DNA from: Aplysia californica
Taxonomy: Eukaryota
DNA length: 64,000 nt
Reading direction: 5' to 3'
NCBI RefSeq assembly: GCF_000002075.1
Contig: NW_004797947.1
Span: 272,349-336,348, forward strand
In this document: one piece after another, positions 12,501-24,699 of the stretch
Position numbering within the stretch: position 1 is the first letter of the stretch
Layout of the letters: every line of letters begins with the position of its first letter
The notes under the pieces: model-generated
Databases searched by the model: none
Seen by the model: only the letters and a program-made list of their open reading frames with translations
Told to the model about the DNA's origin: nothing
Position numbers and translations under genes: made by a program

Positions 12501-15500
12501 GGTGGTCAGACCAATTTTGAAGGTAAGTTTTGTAACGTTTGAAAATGATGTGAAATTTTCATAGATGCCTAAAAGTAGTCCTAGCGCTGTGTTTTGTTTT
12601 TGTGTTTTCTTGCAGTGTTTTTATATGAACTCAAACTGTAATGTGTACCTTTTTCTTTCTGTATATTGTAAACACTGTTATTTTTTACAAGTTTTTAGTG
12701 TTCTAGTTTTCACAAGCTCCTTATAGATGGTGGTTGATTATGGGATGTATCATGAATTGATGTAAAAGCACTTTTTAGTGGTTATAGTTTTATTCACAAA
12801 ACTGTGTTTCTCAGACATTTTCTGTGGTCAAAACCAGTGCTTTAACATTAGTAAAAATAGATTATGGCTTATGAGCTGACTTTGTAAATCTTTAAATTGA
12901 TGTTTTTTTGTTTTCCCAGTACAAATTTCGCCGAGATGAGTTCTTGGGTCGCATCAACGAAATAGTCTACTTCCTGCCATTCTCGCAGTCGGAACTGTCA
13001 AAACTAGTGACCAAAGAATTAAAATTTTGGGCCAAGAGAGTAAGTCTTTAAAAAAAAGTAAAAGTAACGTATACACCCTTGATCATCTTTTCGAATTACT
13101 TTTAGTGTGCAATGTCTGGGGTTGACAATGGGATTGGAGCTGTCTTACAGAATCAAGAAACAGCAGGCTGTGAGCATTGTGATGTGTGAAGACCCTGGGG
13201 GGTTATACTCTACTTTCACTGTTTTTTTGTTCTGTTTGCAGGTAATTCTCCTATCAAAAGATAACAAGCACTGTTTGTGATATAATGACTGAGCTCTTTT
13301 TTACTATACATAGAAGATGTGAGTTTGATTCCTGTGTGGGGAGGTTATTTTATCAGATCTCACTGTTTGTCTACTGGTATGTTTTATCCCACTCAGCCCA
13401 GGTTGACCTTGCCTTGCAGGGTGGAAGCAGCCCACCTCTTGAATAATGCAAATTTTGTCAATGATGGCACAAAGTGTTTTTGATAAAGAAAATAAATAAA
13501 ATAGCCCATAACTAACCTTTAAAAAGTTTGTCAAAATTGAGAGCAGATGTGCTGGTTCTCTCTGCCTGTTCTGTCATGCAAGCTTCTGTATTTCCATATG
13601 TTTGTAACGCTGTTTTAATGGATGGCTGGAGGGTGTGACGGGTAGTTCCTACCTCTGTTCTTTCCTCTGTTTTTTTTTTTTTAATCAGTCTTTTTTTGCC
13701 TTTTTTCTACCCCAGACAACCATTTTAGTGTGGATGTGATCCACTTTTCACAAAACCTGTTGTAGGCTCTGCCTCTTGGCTTACCTTTCTTTTCTTTTTT
13801 ACAGGCCAAAAGCAAACACAACATTAAGCTCTTGTGGGACCACCAAGTGGTGGATGCTCTTGCTGAAGGATTTGATACTCATTACGGGGCTCGGTCCATC
13901 AAATATGAGGTATGTTATGCATGGCGCACTGGCAGTGGAATTTTAGTTGCAGCGGGGGGGTTCCCCGACGAGTGCCTTATCACGTTGGAGTCACGCATGT
14001 CAGCTCCCTGTCGCCGCTCTGTCTGGGCTGACTTAATTTTTGGTACTTTTCAATGTACAATTTTTGGTGTGTCCCAGTATTTACAGTAATTATCATTCAA
14101 TGCACCCAAAGCATTCATTTCTGCTCATGGGAATAAAAAAAGAACGGACATTGTAACTTGTCTGTAACTTGTCTATTTCTTTAGACGCGCTGAAGTCGGC
14201 AATGCTAAATTGTAAAAATTTTTTGACAAATGTGAATGAAAAAACCCCCAATATAAAACAAACTGCGCAACAAAAACTGTCGAACTTTTGGAACATGAAC
14301 GACATAACATTGGTGCAGATACTCAGAAAAGATGGTATATGCGCATACCATAGAAAGCTGTAGTTTTGCAACTTTATCCATCTGGCACACAATTCGTTAT
14401 GAAGTAGTTCCTCCAAATACACTTTTATGTGTCTAATATAATCATGAATATTGGCCTATTTTCTCGAAAGTTTATAAAAATTACCCTGAAGTCTCTCTAT
14501 CAAAAAGTACAAATAGATTTTATTGCCAGAAGGCATCTACAATGTAATACACTAACAGTATCTGTTACACTCCAGAAATTCCTTACTTTTCTTAAAACGC
14601 TAAGTCTAGGTTTTGTAAGTTGACTGAATAACAGGGATGACTTCTCATAATTGGGTTATAAGAATAATTTCTAGCTTTCCGATGACACTGAATCAGCACC
14701 AGACTTTTCCAGCTTTTGTTTTTGTTTTCATTTTGTGACCATTTGCAATAACTGACAATGTTTTGATTACATTCATGAGTGTCCGCGCATAATGAATGTG
14801 TTAGCTGTCATTAATATTATTCCATACAAGAAGTTTATCTCTACCCACATATTTACCCAGTTTTGTGTTTGAAAAAAATCGCTTAATATACCTTTCTTAG
14901 TTGTATGCAGGCTGCCACAGACAAAACATGATTCTTGAACAAATGCAGGGTAACTTTCTCTTATTTAATGGTAAAACAAGAAGAGCTAATGCTGAGTGTC
15001 TTTAGTTTATCTTTCTTCTCTTAGAACTTGACTATTACTTCTTGCGCAAATTTAAGATTTCTCATGGCAAAAGACACGATATTCATATACAGTTTAACAC
15101 ATATTTTGGAGAGATCTGTTTTGCCGTTTTAAAATTAACAATCATTTATTCATAAGTTTGTAATTAAAATAGGACAAGTTGGATACTCTACAAACACTTG
15201 TCTAGAACAAAAACTAAGGCACAGAAATTAACCATTCTAACATAAAATAAATCTCAAGACGTTGAGCCTTTAGTACATCAGTATAATGGTTCGCTGTGTG
15301 GGATAGGGAAGAAGTTATATCGTTTCAAACGTTGACAAAAATGGGAACTTCTTAACCGACACTGGCAAAGTCACTTCAGGGCTCATTAACCCTGTGACCC
15401 CGAGCCGAGGAGCTTCGGTGGGCAGCTGAGTCACGCCAACGAAAAGTCGGACGAAAAGTGACGCCGTGTGTGGGTCACTGTCTGTGACAGCACCATCCAT

Positions 15501-17630
15501 CACTTATCCTTGCCCTGTTTACATTATTGGCTGACACTGACAGCTTTTTTTTTAATACTTTCTATGCACTTGGCAATTTTTTAGCGTTCATATTTTTTTG
15601 CTCTTAGTGCAAGTGAAAGGAAAGTGTGACTGCTGATGCCAGGTTTGACACTGTGTCCTTCCTAGAAATGAAAATGAGGCTGCAGCTTAATGTCAGTGAT
15701 TTAATTTGGTCAGTATAGTTTCAGTCTGCAGCTTATGAGCTTTTACCGTTCAGGACCTGTATACCTGAGCTCTTGTTGAAAGTCCAGACTTTCACCAACA
15801 GATGTATGAGGAGTATTCTAAGAATTAAGTGGCAGGATAGAATAAGAAATGAAGAACTGTGGGAAAGGACAGGACAAAAGGGTATAGAAGTAGAAATAGG
15901 ACTAAGAAAGTGGCGATGGATGGGACACACCTTAAGAAAGCGCAGCGGAAACATCACAAGACAGTCACTGCAGTGGAACCCACAAGGAGCATGAGGCAGG
16001 GGTAGGCCACGCGAAACATTGAGGAGATGCATGGAAGGGGACATGAGAGAGATGAAGCTCATTTGGAACGATCTTGGCAGGATGGCCCAGGACAGAGATA
16101 AATGGAAGAAGCTTGTATGAGGCCTATACCCTGCCAGGGGTGAAAGGCATTGATGATACTTTGAGGGTTCATTTGGTACACTGAGGCATGTTCTCAGGGC
16201 CGTCAGATTTAAATGTCAGATAGTTGTATTTCAGTGACATTAAAGTTCTTAAAGAAAAATGTGCCTTTTCTATAATATGTAAGAAAAAATTATTGTTGTT
16301 TGAGATAATGTATTCTGTATTTGTCCATAGGAGATAAGTTGGGACTTCTCTACATAAGAAATAAATGTTGTTGTTTTTTCTTTTGACTGGTGTAGAGCTG
16401 AATGGTAACTTCTGCACTGTGGAACTCAGATTCACCGAGCTCGGATTCAACGAGAGCTCTGATTCAACGAGAGGACATGGATTCCCTGTTTTTTTTTCTT
16501 CTTTAAAATCAATAACAATAACCCGGATTCAAAGAACACTTAAATCAGTAAGCTCGAATTCAACGAGGTTGCTTCAAGGGTGAACAGCCCCCCGCAGACG
16601 TGGCTGAGCTCATTTTTCTCCCATAACGAACTTTATCTCTTCTTGGAAACCACCCATTGCACCTGCATTGTGGACCATTATTCACTTACCCAATTGAATG
16701 CAACCAATCAGCGGCCTTCTTTCATACCAACACATGCGTTGTTGGCATGCGCACGTGTCTACTCTAGCGAGTGTCGGGGTCAGATAGGCGGCCTGCACAA
16801 GTGTGACTGTGTGTGTACGTCGGGAGGGGGCACCATCGGTCCGGGCGTGGAACATCGCAGATACAAACGCTTCAGTCTTTCCCCCCCCGGGAGCGGATCA
16901 TTATTACAATGATAAGCTAGTCTTAACGTAGATCTACCTAATGAATTGTGCGCTGATTTATGGAATCAAAAGTTCCTGCATGCTAGGCTCTACACAGCAA
17001 CACAACTTTTCGGGAAACAATCGAGATAACACAGGCGTGCATAATTTGAACGAATTGGTCTTTTTTTTTTTCACAGCTCATAATAAGCAGGCATTCCAGG
17101 CACCACTTGTTACTTTTCTTTATATATTACTTGCTCAGTGCCTATAATTATCTACACAAAACCTCATATTTGCTATAACGAACCCTTGGATTCAAAGAGA
17201 CTTCTCTATACTAAGATGAGAAATGTAAGTTGCGTTTATTTGTTGGTGCAAAGGTGATTGATGACATCTCCTTACATAAGAGATAGATGTATGTTGTGTA
17301 TATTTGCAAATAGAGAGGTGAATGGTGACTTAGCTATGTCATGAGGTAAACATGTGTTGTGTTTATCCGCAGGTGGAGAGGCGAGTGGTGACCCAGCTAG
17401 CCATGGCTCACGAGAGACAGCTCATCGAGAAAGGAAGCGTCATCAAAATCGCAGTTTCCAACTCCAATGATTTACTAGTCAGCCCCAAAAGTTCCAGTAA
17501 AAAAACGGTTGAGTGCACCAGCAGTGAGGGTCCCAGCATCAAACTACAGTTACTGCAATCTGGGACGACAAACTCCTACAAGGATCTGGTGTTCAATGAT
17601 GAGAATCCTTTCTCTGTGCCAAACCAGTAA
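3374..17630 (+). CDS. CLPB: CLPB/Skd3 (caseinolytic peptidase B homolog; ankyrin repeats + single AAA+ NBD), 5'-partial multi-exon gene
   Basis: Manual GT-AG splicing with consistent phases gives exons 3374-3512, 4225-4328, 5490-5618, 6399-6496, 8236-8350, 8761-8838, 9498-9553, 10273-10317, 10553-(10708, runs into gap), 11880-12036, 12449-12522, 12920-13039, 13805-13909, 17373-17630. The protein shows ANK repeats ([25 protein letters not shown]), [36 protein letters not shown] (Walker A), pore loop GSPPGYVG, Walker [31 protein letters not shown] and GARS, closely matching human CLPB as I recall it. Confidence 0.97.
4225..4328 (+). CDS. CLPB: CLPB exon (ankyrin repeat 2/linker)
   Basis: cttcag acceptor; [19 protein letters not shown]...; gtgag donor. 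Confidence 0.92.
5125..5466 (+). mobile_element. CORE-like tRNA SINE with L2-type 3' tail
   Basis: A-box TGGTCCAGTGG, B-box-like GGGTTCG, core TTGTGTCCCTGGGAAAGGCACTT, tail TGTGAAGCGC...GCGCTATACAAAT + (TAT)n. Confidence 0.7.
5490..5618 (+). CDS. CLPB: CLPB exon (ankyrin repeat 3)
   Basis: tttttcag acceptor; [29 protein letters not shown]; g|gtatac donor. Confidence 0.93.
6085..6295 (+). mobile_element. 5'-truncated retroposon (family B), second copy at 36455-36650
   Basis: GCTCTGGTGTGGTTTG.TCCTTT..CCTATCAAACA shared with 36462; tail ATATGACC...GCAAGTGCGGTAAAAC resembles the family A tail. Confidence 0.6.
6399..6496 (+). CDS. CLPB: CLPB exon (ankyrin repeat 4)
   Basis: ttcccaag acceptor; [17 protein letters not shown]...; gtaagt donor. 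Confidence 0.9.
6985..7050 (+). mobile_element. tail-only retroposon insertion (family A/I-group 3' hairpin)
   Basis: GCGCTCATATGACCTTATGCAGTTGCGAGCGC.GTAAAAC + (AAAC)n; TSD CAAAAAAG(G)CA at 6974-6984 / 7051-7060. Confidence 0.75.
7652..7718 (+). mobile_element. tail-only retroposon insertion
   Basis: Same hairpin tail + A-rich end; TSD AAAAGTT(T)AAAAATT at 7638-7651 / 7719-7733. Confidence 0.75.
8236..8350 (+). CDS. CLPB: CLPB exon
   Basis: [38 protein letters not shown]. Confidence 0.93.
8761..8838 (+). CDS. CLPB: CLPB exon (Walker A, first part)
   Basis: [25 protein letters not shown]; gtaag donor. Confidence 0.96.
9498..9553 (+). CDS. CLPB: CLPB exon (Walker A GKT)
   Basis: [19 protein letters not shown]; gtgagt donor. 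Confidence 0.94.
10273..10317 (+). CDS. CLPB: CLPB exon
   Basis: [15 protein letters not shown]; gtaaag donor. Confidence 0.95.
10553..10708 (+). CDS. CLPB: CLPB exon (pore loop, Walker B); 3' end lost in N-gap
   Basis: [21 protein letters not shown]...[22 protein letters not shown] then gap. Confidence 0.96.
11091..11621 (+). mobile_element. full-length tRNA(Glu-like)-derived SINE family A with Deu/Nin-like central domain
   Basis: A-box TGGCCTAGAGG, B-box-like GGTTAGAATCC (GGTTCGAATC in the 24225 copy), pyrimidine-rich spacer, GCACGTTAAAGATCCCTTGGTGGTC domain, hairpin tail; exact 14-bp TSD TGAGCCTACAAGAC at 11077-11090 / 11622-11635. Confidence 0.93.
11880..12036 (+). CDS. CLPB: CLPB exon (sensor-1)
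   Basis: [40 protein letters not shown]; gtgag donor. Confidence 0.96.
12449..12522 (+). CDS. CLPB: CLPB exon
   Basis: [25 protein letters not shown]; gtaag donor. Confidence 0.92.
12920..13039 (+). CDS. CLPB: CLPB exon (arginine finger)
   Basis: [40 protein letters not shown]; gtaagt donor. Confidence 0.95.
13805..13909 (+). CDS. CLPB: CLPB exon (sensor-2 GAR)
   Basis: [35 protein letters not shown]; gtatgt donor. Confidence 0.95.
15773..16158 (+). mobile_element. RTE-clade LINE 3' fragment
   Basis: [26 protein letters not shown]...[11 protein letters not shown]...WNPQG C-terminal signature; GGCCTATACC...GAAAGGCATTGATGAT tail. Confidence 0.85.
17373..17630 (+). CDS. CLPB: CLPB terminal coding exon
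   Basis: ccgcag acceptor; [18 protein letters not shown]...NPFSVPNQ*. Confidence 0.93.
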   Translation: MERRVVTQLAMAHERQLIEKGSVIKIAVSNSNDLLVSPKSSSKKTVECTSSEGPSIKLQLLQSGTTNSYKDLVFNDENPFSVPNQ

Positions 17631-19111
17631 AGAAAAAAGAAAATGGATTTCAATGTTTCTCGTTCTGATCAGTTTTAAGGAGTATTACATTAGCTTTTTT
17701 TTCGAGATATTTATTTCTTTATGTTCATTTTTATGCGACATGATAATGTCAAGATAAAGATTGATACTAATCTATCACTTTTCTTTAGATTTGATCAAGT
17801 TGGTTCTTTAACTCAAATGAAGAAAAAAAAAATGGTACAATTTGGGTAGTCCACAGACCAGATCTAACAGCGTGTGCTACATTGTTCTCAAGTTTGTGCA
17901 AACAGTTCTTGGTCTCATGTGTAAGAAAAGCTTCCTTTTAAAGATTGCAACTGTAGGTTTCTACCAAAGTGTCTGTGGTGTACTGGATAGACCCTTTACT
18001 TTTTCCACAGAAGACTTCTTGTGTTCGATTCCTGTGTAGAGAAGTTATTTAATTGAGTTTCTCGGTCTGTCTGCTGGGATGCTGTATCCAACTCGACCTA
18101 CGTTGGCCTTGACAGGCAGGGTGGAAGCAACCCACTTCCTAAATCACCTAAATTTGTGTCGATGGGAGCGTGAAACATTTACAGACATCATAATTACAGA
18201 AGCAGGTTCCTATGGCTTCTCTGTCACTCAGGGACAATAGTTGTTTTTTAGTCAGAAGATTCATGTAGGCTTTCCTTAAGCTGATATTTAATAATGTTGT
18301 CTCCAAGTGCCATTTGTTTTACTTTCTATAACCGCACATTTTTGTGGAGTAAAAAAAGTAAGTAACTTTGTTGGCTGCTTGATAGCCGGAAGAAGAAAAG
18401 GTGGAGTTTCCTATAATTTTTCTGATGAATGGGACAATGATATGTTTGTATCCCTGTAAGGATTGTCTGGAAAGGTCTAATTTATGATCTGCGACCTCCC
18501 ATTATCTAGGGTGTTACTTAGGTTCTCTTTATTTTGGCAGTTGATGCACAAGAGCTCATGACTGTAGGTTCAGGAGTACAGACTCAAAGGGTTAAAATGA
18601 ATCTCAAAAGACTAACAAAAAAAAGTCAGCTTCGGTGCCTATTCATCAAAAAACAAGCTTCTTTTTGATAGATTTCCAGAGTCTAAATCAACTAAATGTG
18701 CTGAAATTCTCGCACATTTCTGCAAATGCATTTTTTCCATCTCTACATGAAAAAAGTCTGCCTGTTTGTGGACTCTTTATGCTTTTTCTTTGTATATTTT
18801 GTTATTCAGAGGTTTCCAGCAAACCAGCAACTATGTGCACTATGAGAATTAATTTTAGGTTTTGCAGGCTGTGAAAAAATTGACAGTGATAATTTTGTGA
18901 AAAGCACTCTGAGCTTTGTTGTTGAATATTCTGCAAATAAAGTGAAAATTATTGTTTGCCTTCAACATGGGTTTTCTTTTGGTTTGTTGTACATGTATTG
19001 AATGAACCTGAGGTCTTAGGAGCATTTGGTCGAAATTTCGTCCTAATTTCAGGAACAAAGAAATCCTATTAGTATAAGCAGCTGTCGACAATCTCTACTA
19101 CTGTACTACTA

Positions 19112-19968
19112 CAGTGGGCCCCACTTACAACAGTCTCAGTTCTAACAGGATTTTGGCTATAGCATACTTATTTCCTCTCATAACTTATAGTAAAAAGGTG
19201 CTTTTATAACAGGCATTCAGACAAACGTGCTCAGCTATAACAGTAACAGTGGTCCAACTGTCGACATGATCCTTAAACAAATGGACAAGAACGCAGAAAA
19301 AAAGCAAATGAAGCAGGAAAACGGCCAACATTGATGGTGCATAACTCTTAAGTGATCCAGAATAGGTCAAAGTCGATAGTGCACACATTTTATGATTTGT
19401 CATACAGTGGTTAGGGGATTTGGGGGGGGGGGGGGGGGGTAGGCTTGATATGATTTATCCTGATGTTGAGGCAAATCCTGTCAGTGACTTAGAGTAACCT
19501 CCTTGGCACTGAGCGCAAGATCTGCTGCAGAGCTATATGTGCTCCTCCCAAACATGGTAACTATTTGGTTACGAATAGTTGTTGAGCATACAGAGCTTGC
19601 TGAAGAGTCTATAGAGCATGAATGTTCATGTATGCTATATTATGCAATTATTATCATTATTATTATTTTTTTGTATTGTTATTATTATATGTGAATTTCA
19701 AATTATGTCTTGCCAGCGTTATTAACTTCTGTGGGACTAAGTTCATTAAGAATACTAAGATACAAAAAAAAAGAAAAAAATGAGGAAAAAAAATGTCACT
19801 CGAAAAGAAAGTAGCATTGAGCGACAAATTGGTACCAGTTGTGGGTAATCTAGGTATGTAATAAAAGTGATTCCTTTGGTTAATCTTTAGTTCCAGTGTA
19901 AATATGTAAACGTGATCCCCGGTTTAACAGATGTTGGTCCTGGCTATCTTTGTAGCCAGAGACCACTG
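19112..19968. mobile_element. degraded Tc1/mariner (Tigger-like) MITE
   Basis: TA|CAGTGGGCCCC ... GAGACCACTG|TA termini. Confidence 0.5.
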
Positions 19969-20262
19969 TACTAGTATGTAAATTTGCAGTTTCTAATGAT
20001 TCTCAAGCTTTGGAAGTCACCAAACTTTGATGGCCATTTTCTCGCCAATTTTACCTCTGAAACCAGGCGCCCCCACCTTCTTCAATCGCAAATATCTCGA
20101 CTTGTATTCTTGATATATGCGTACTTTTTTCAACAAAAGCTAGACGAATGAACTGGCTTTAAAATAATACCAATAACTCCACATGCCCAAAAATGGATGA
20201 GCGCCTGATTCCACCGCCTCCGCCTCATGACACAAATGTACAAATTATTTCAAATTTAATCT

Positions 20263-22302
20263 CTAATATTTTTTAGAAACAATTATCATGTCGATGTTTT
20301 TGGGTTTTAGAGCTGCCCTTCTGCAAGAAATTAGCTCCCCAGCTTTGGAAAATAACCTCTCCCTGGGTACTGAGGAGGCTGGAATCCCTAAAATATATTT
20401 TGCGAATCGGGCAAGTCTTGGTGTTGAGATGGTGTAGTCCCTCCACCAGTCGAGTGGGTGTGCCTCTCTTGGAAGACAAAGGGTCTCCAGGTGGCGCCGA
20501 ACTTCCATTTCTGAGGCGGTAAATTGTCGAGCCAATAATTTCTCCTTCTGTTCTCTGTGTAGATCAAATGATGACCACAACAAACTAGGCTTCTTGGCAG
20601 GAGTAAGAGATGTTTCATCAGTCTCCTTCAATAAGTCTTCCTCTTGCGTGGGCAGGGGCAGCACGGTGTTCTAAGCGACTTTTTTCAACTTATCCACAGA
20701 CTCAGCTGATAAGTCGAGGCAGGAAAAGCCGTCACGTTTGAAGCGGGGGTCAAGCAACGTGGAAAAACTCAGGTGGTATTTCGTGTTGATACTTCCAAAT
20801 TTCTCCTGCAACTGTGTCCTGAGGTATTAGCCTAAGTCAGCTGTATCCCCCAAAAAGGCAGTTGAAGAGAAGATGGACTAGAGGAATTATTTTTGAAGCG
20901 GAGGTATGGAGGTCTGTTGACAGCATCGAGAGTTGCTTCGAAAAAGGGCTCCTGTGTTCTCATGGCTGCTCGAGGAACATCCAGTTCAGCTACTGTGATG
21001 CACAGGTCTGCTTTTCCTGTAATACAGAGTGCAGTTGTCACATGCTCATGTTGATAAACGTAGGACTGGAGCATTTCAAAGGTGATATTCTACCGTGTCT
21101 CCACGTCCTGTTTTAACTTGCGATGCACTGTCTGACTGGTCTTGTATGCGTCTCTCAATGCGATGTTGGCTAATGAGTTATGGTGAAAAAAAGTCACATA
21201 CAATGTTTGTCACTTTCGTTTTTGCAGCAAACACGTCCGGGGTTTTGCGGATCCACTCCTTAGTTAACCACCTGAATAAGGGTATGGATGAAACAGGGCT
21301 GGTGTCTGATCTTCAATATCTCAACAGCATTCTTGACGTTGGCAGCATTGTCTTTGACGATCGTTGTGACTTTTTTCTCGATGCCCTACTCTGGGAAGAG
21401 GTGTCGCAGAGCTGAGGCGATTCTCTCCCCTGTGTGTGATCCCTCGAGGGTATTTGTGGACAACATGCGAGAAAGAAGATGCCAGTCAAGATCAATGAAG
21501 TGGACCGTCACTGTCATGTAGGCCTCCGCTTGCCTTGATGTCCAACAAGCTGTAGTGATTTTGACGTGATGTCGACGCAATACCATCAACTTGAGGTTCT
21601 CGTTGTTGTATGGGTCTGGCAGGAGATGAGAAGTCAATTGTTTCCCCGAAACAATAATGTATCGGGTGTCCATCTTATTCACGAGTCGCCAGAACGCCTT
21701 ATTCTCTACAACCGAGAGAGGTTGTAAATCTGTTGTGATGAGCGCAAGGACGCTTGAGTCCAATTTTTTTTCCCCTCGCTCTTCCAAGTTTTAACTTTAA
21801 AGTGCGCTCAACAACAGCCTCGATTGTCATATGCTTTTCAGGCTCAGTAGATATTGACATTGACGTACCCAGGGCATGTGCAACATTTGTGGGAACTGAT
21901 GTCGCCGCCGGGATACTCATAGATCTGACGACAGGAGAATCTGCAGATGCAGATGCTGATGTAGATGACTAGATGCTGTAGATGAGGAGGTGAGGCTCAG
22001 GAAAGATCTTGGTTGAGCTGATGTTTTAAAGTATGCTCTTCATACAATGCCAACTCAAAAGGATGTTTCAGCCGAAGGAGTCGCATAAAGTTTGTGGTTG
22101 AGTTTTTGCAGTATGCCAACTCAGTTTTACAAATGTCACAAACCGCAGATTTCTTGTCACCTTTTAGAATGAATAATTTCCTACATAATCTTGATTTGCC
22201 ACGGGAAGACATGTTGAGGTCAAAGAAAGGTTTTACAACATGATACTGAGACGATTCGCAAAATGAGGCCAATAAGTTCAATAAGTCTATAATATCACAC
22301 AC
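20263..22302 (-). mobile_element. decayed hAT (Ac/ZBED1-like) transposase pseudogene
   Basis: BED finger (AVCDICKTELAY...TTNFMRLLRLKHP), DLQPLSVVEN, TACWTSRQAEAYMTVTVHFIDLDW, C-terminal dimerisation domain (PLDWWR...LGIPASSVPRERLFSKAG); multiple frameshifts and stops. Confidence 0.93.
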
Positions 22303-22507
22303 TCAATGTGAGGCATAGTCGAGTAGAGCCATGAAGGTGAGAGGTGAGTGTAGTATCAGACAATACTAATTGATTCACCCCCACCATGATTCATTAAAAA
22401 ATGGCTCCATAAAATCCCTCCTGTCCATTGGTTGGAACCCGTTCATTTTGTTTTTATAGGGAGGTTGGACTATACCATATTTTGTAAAATAAGGGGAGCC
22501 ATGCTAA

Positions 22508-23596
22508 AGCTGGGAATCCATAGGCACCGAAACTGAACAGCCGCGAAACGGCACCGGGACGGTAAACATCGCTCAAACAGAAATGTCATTGTCTGAATCC
22601 ATTAACAGAACGGCACCGGGACAGCACCGCAGTTCTGCGGTACCGCACCGGCACTGTTTACAGACACAGGAGCGGTTCTTCCGGTGCAGCAGAGAAAAAA
22701 TGTGGGCGTGGCACCTAAATATTCCTTCGAAAATATCACGTTGCATTTCGGGCACTTTTGTTTCCCGAACCTATAGTGCGGTCAAACATTCATTACGTAA
22801 ATTATCCTCAAATATCTGTTTAACGGGTGAATCAGCGTCATCCATACTTTGCACAGCAGTTTGTATCAATTTGTCTAACTTAATTATATTTTCCCGTAAC
22901 AATTGAGACTAGTTTTAAAAATTTCTTTATAAATTTATATAAAATACTATAAAACTCCTTCACGCGGAAAATGGGATTGTCTCAGAACTTCCCGCTTCTC
23001 ACACATTTTGTATACGCATATGGCCCACGTCACAGCTAATCAATGACACTTTTTAGGGGGCAAAACTTGTTACAAGAAATTGATTTTATAGTTAACGCAT
23101 TTTTTTGCCTTAAAGGTTCTCAAAACATGCGTTCAATGAAGATAGTGTCACGGCTAGAAAAACATGACAGACTTGCTTTTAAAAGCGATATTGCACGAGC
23201 CGTGAATCTTTTAAAATTTATAGAAACCACCCACTTGGATGTTTTGTTTGCATTTACTAAGGAATTTTCTAGAATACAGTTAACAGTAATAACAGGTGAT
23301 TACAAAATATTGATCTGTTAGACAAATTCACACAAATCATTGTGCGAAAACTGGAATCAATAGTTTATATATTTGACAATAAGTTGCGCCACGAATTTTT
23401 GACCGCACTACAGACAGTTTTGACTGGGTAGGTGCCATGCTGCTAATGCATCGACACAAAACAAATAAGGCGTAAACCTGTCGTGCCGTACCATGTCTAT
23501 GGATTCAAACATTGACGTTGCCACTTGCGATACCGCACATTTGATCCTGGTGCCGTTCCACTGCCGTTCAGTTTCTGTGCCTATGGATTTCCAGCT
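22508..23596. mobile_element. non-autonomous TIR element (PIF/Harbinger-like MITE)
   Basis: ~50-bp imperfect TIR AGCTGGGAATCCATAGGCACCGAAACTGAAC... / ...GTTCAGTTTCTGTGCCTATGGATTTCCAGCT; TAA / TAT flanks. Confidence 0.75.
22774..23410. mobile_element. nested MITE with TAG termini (Academ-like)
   Basis: TAGTGCGGTCAAA ... TTTGACCGCACTA inverted termini inside the previous element; TSD not clear. Confidence 0.65.
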
Positions 23597-24224
23597 TATA
23601 AAGTGTTCCGTTCCGTTCTTGCGCTCGCGACCTAGCGCTAGATCTAGGCCTCTGGCCTACTCTATAGGCTAGTTACAAACATGCCGCCGCCGCATGGTAG
23701 TGACAGTGACAGGGAGTGAATGGAAAGGTGATAGAATCTACTGTTCCGCGTTCTGCTGAAGTGAATCGGGAATCGCGTACCGCAGGGCCTCAGGGAAGAG
23801 TGGCGATTCAGTTCCTGTGCGACCCTGCACTAGTGGAAGGGTTCAGCTAGGTTTTCCGCTGATTTGATCGATAAAAAGGTAACCCAAGCCAAGGTAAGGC
23901 TTCTAAGATAACAATTAAAACGTTTTCTGGTAGAACAAAGAATGGTTGATCAACAAGGTTAGTTTAAAAAAGATTATATGCCTAGATCTTAGTAGATTTT
24001 GAATAATCAATGGTTATAAATTAATTGTCTATTTTTTCAACTTGAAATATGTATCTCGAGACTCAGGAGTCGCACATAGACCAGGAAAAACCCGTTTTGA
24101 AGGCCATCCAAAGGTCTTTAAAGACATGTATCGGACTTGGTTGTCGGTTCCCTAAATTAAACAAAAATATAGGGAGTTTGAACCCACCATCGCGATGAGA
24201 CGTCATGTCCGGAACAAAACTCAA

Positions 24225-24690
24225 TGGGGGGCTCTCGTGGCCTAGAGGTTTAGGTGTTCGCCTCTCAGTCAAAGGTCCCGGGTTCGAATCGGGGTAGCGA
24301 CGGAAAATGTTTTTTCTCTAAAATTGTCTCCTTTCACCTCCTTTCCTGCTCTCTAGCAATGTTCTGTCATCTGCTTTCGTCTCCACGTTCTACCCCCGTT
24401 CCCTCATCTCCTTTGCCCCCTCCTCTGGGCTCCTGATTCTTTCTGCAGCCTTTTTACTGCTACTCCTTGGCTCCTTACTGCTGTCTTTCAGCCACACCCT
24501 TGATCTTCTGGTAGGAAAGATCTAGATCTACTCCTTGCCTTCTCGGACAAGGGCGAAAAATCTCGGAGGTCCCGTGTGCAAGTTGCGTACGTTAAATTAA
24601 TGATCCCTTGGTGATCTACAATCGATAAGAGTAGGCTCCGGCCGCCACCCGGGCAAAATTCAAAATTTCCAAATGAAAAATGTTTAATGT
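24225..24690 (+). mobile_element. SINE family A copy lacking its 3' tail
   Basis: Colinear with 11091-11550; ends abruptly just before the Gypsy PBS. Confidence 0.9.
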
Positions 24691-24699
24691 ATCATTACC

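Noticed and set aside
3374-17630. Bacterial clpB or horizontal transfer
   Set aside because: Spliceosomal introns, ankyrin repeats and a single NBD identify the metazoan Skd3-type gene.
20263-22302. Domesticated ZBED gene
   Set aside because: Multiple frameshifts, stops and degraded motifs indicate a dead hAT.
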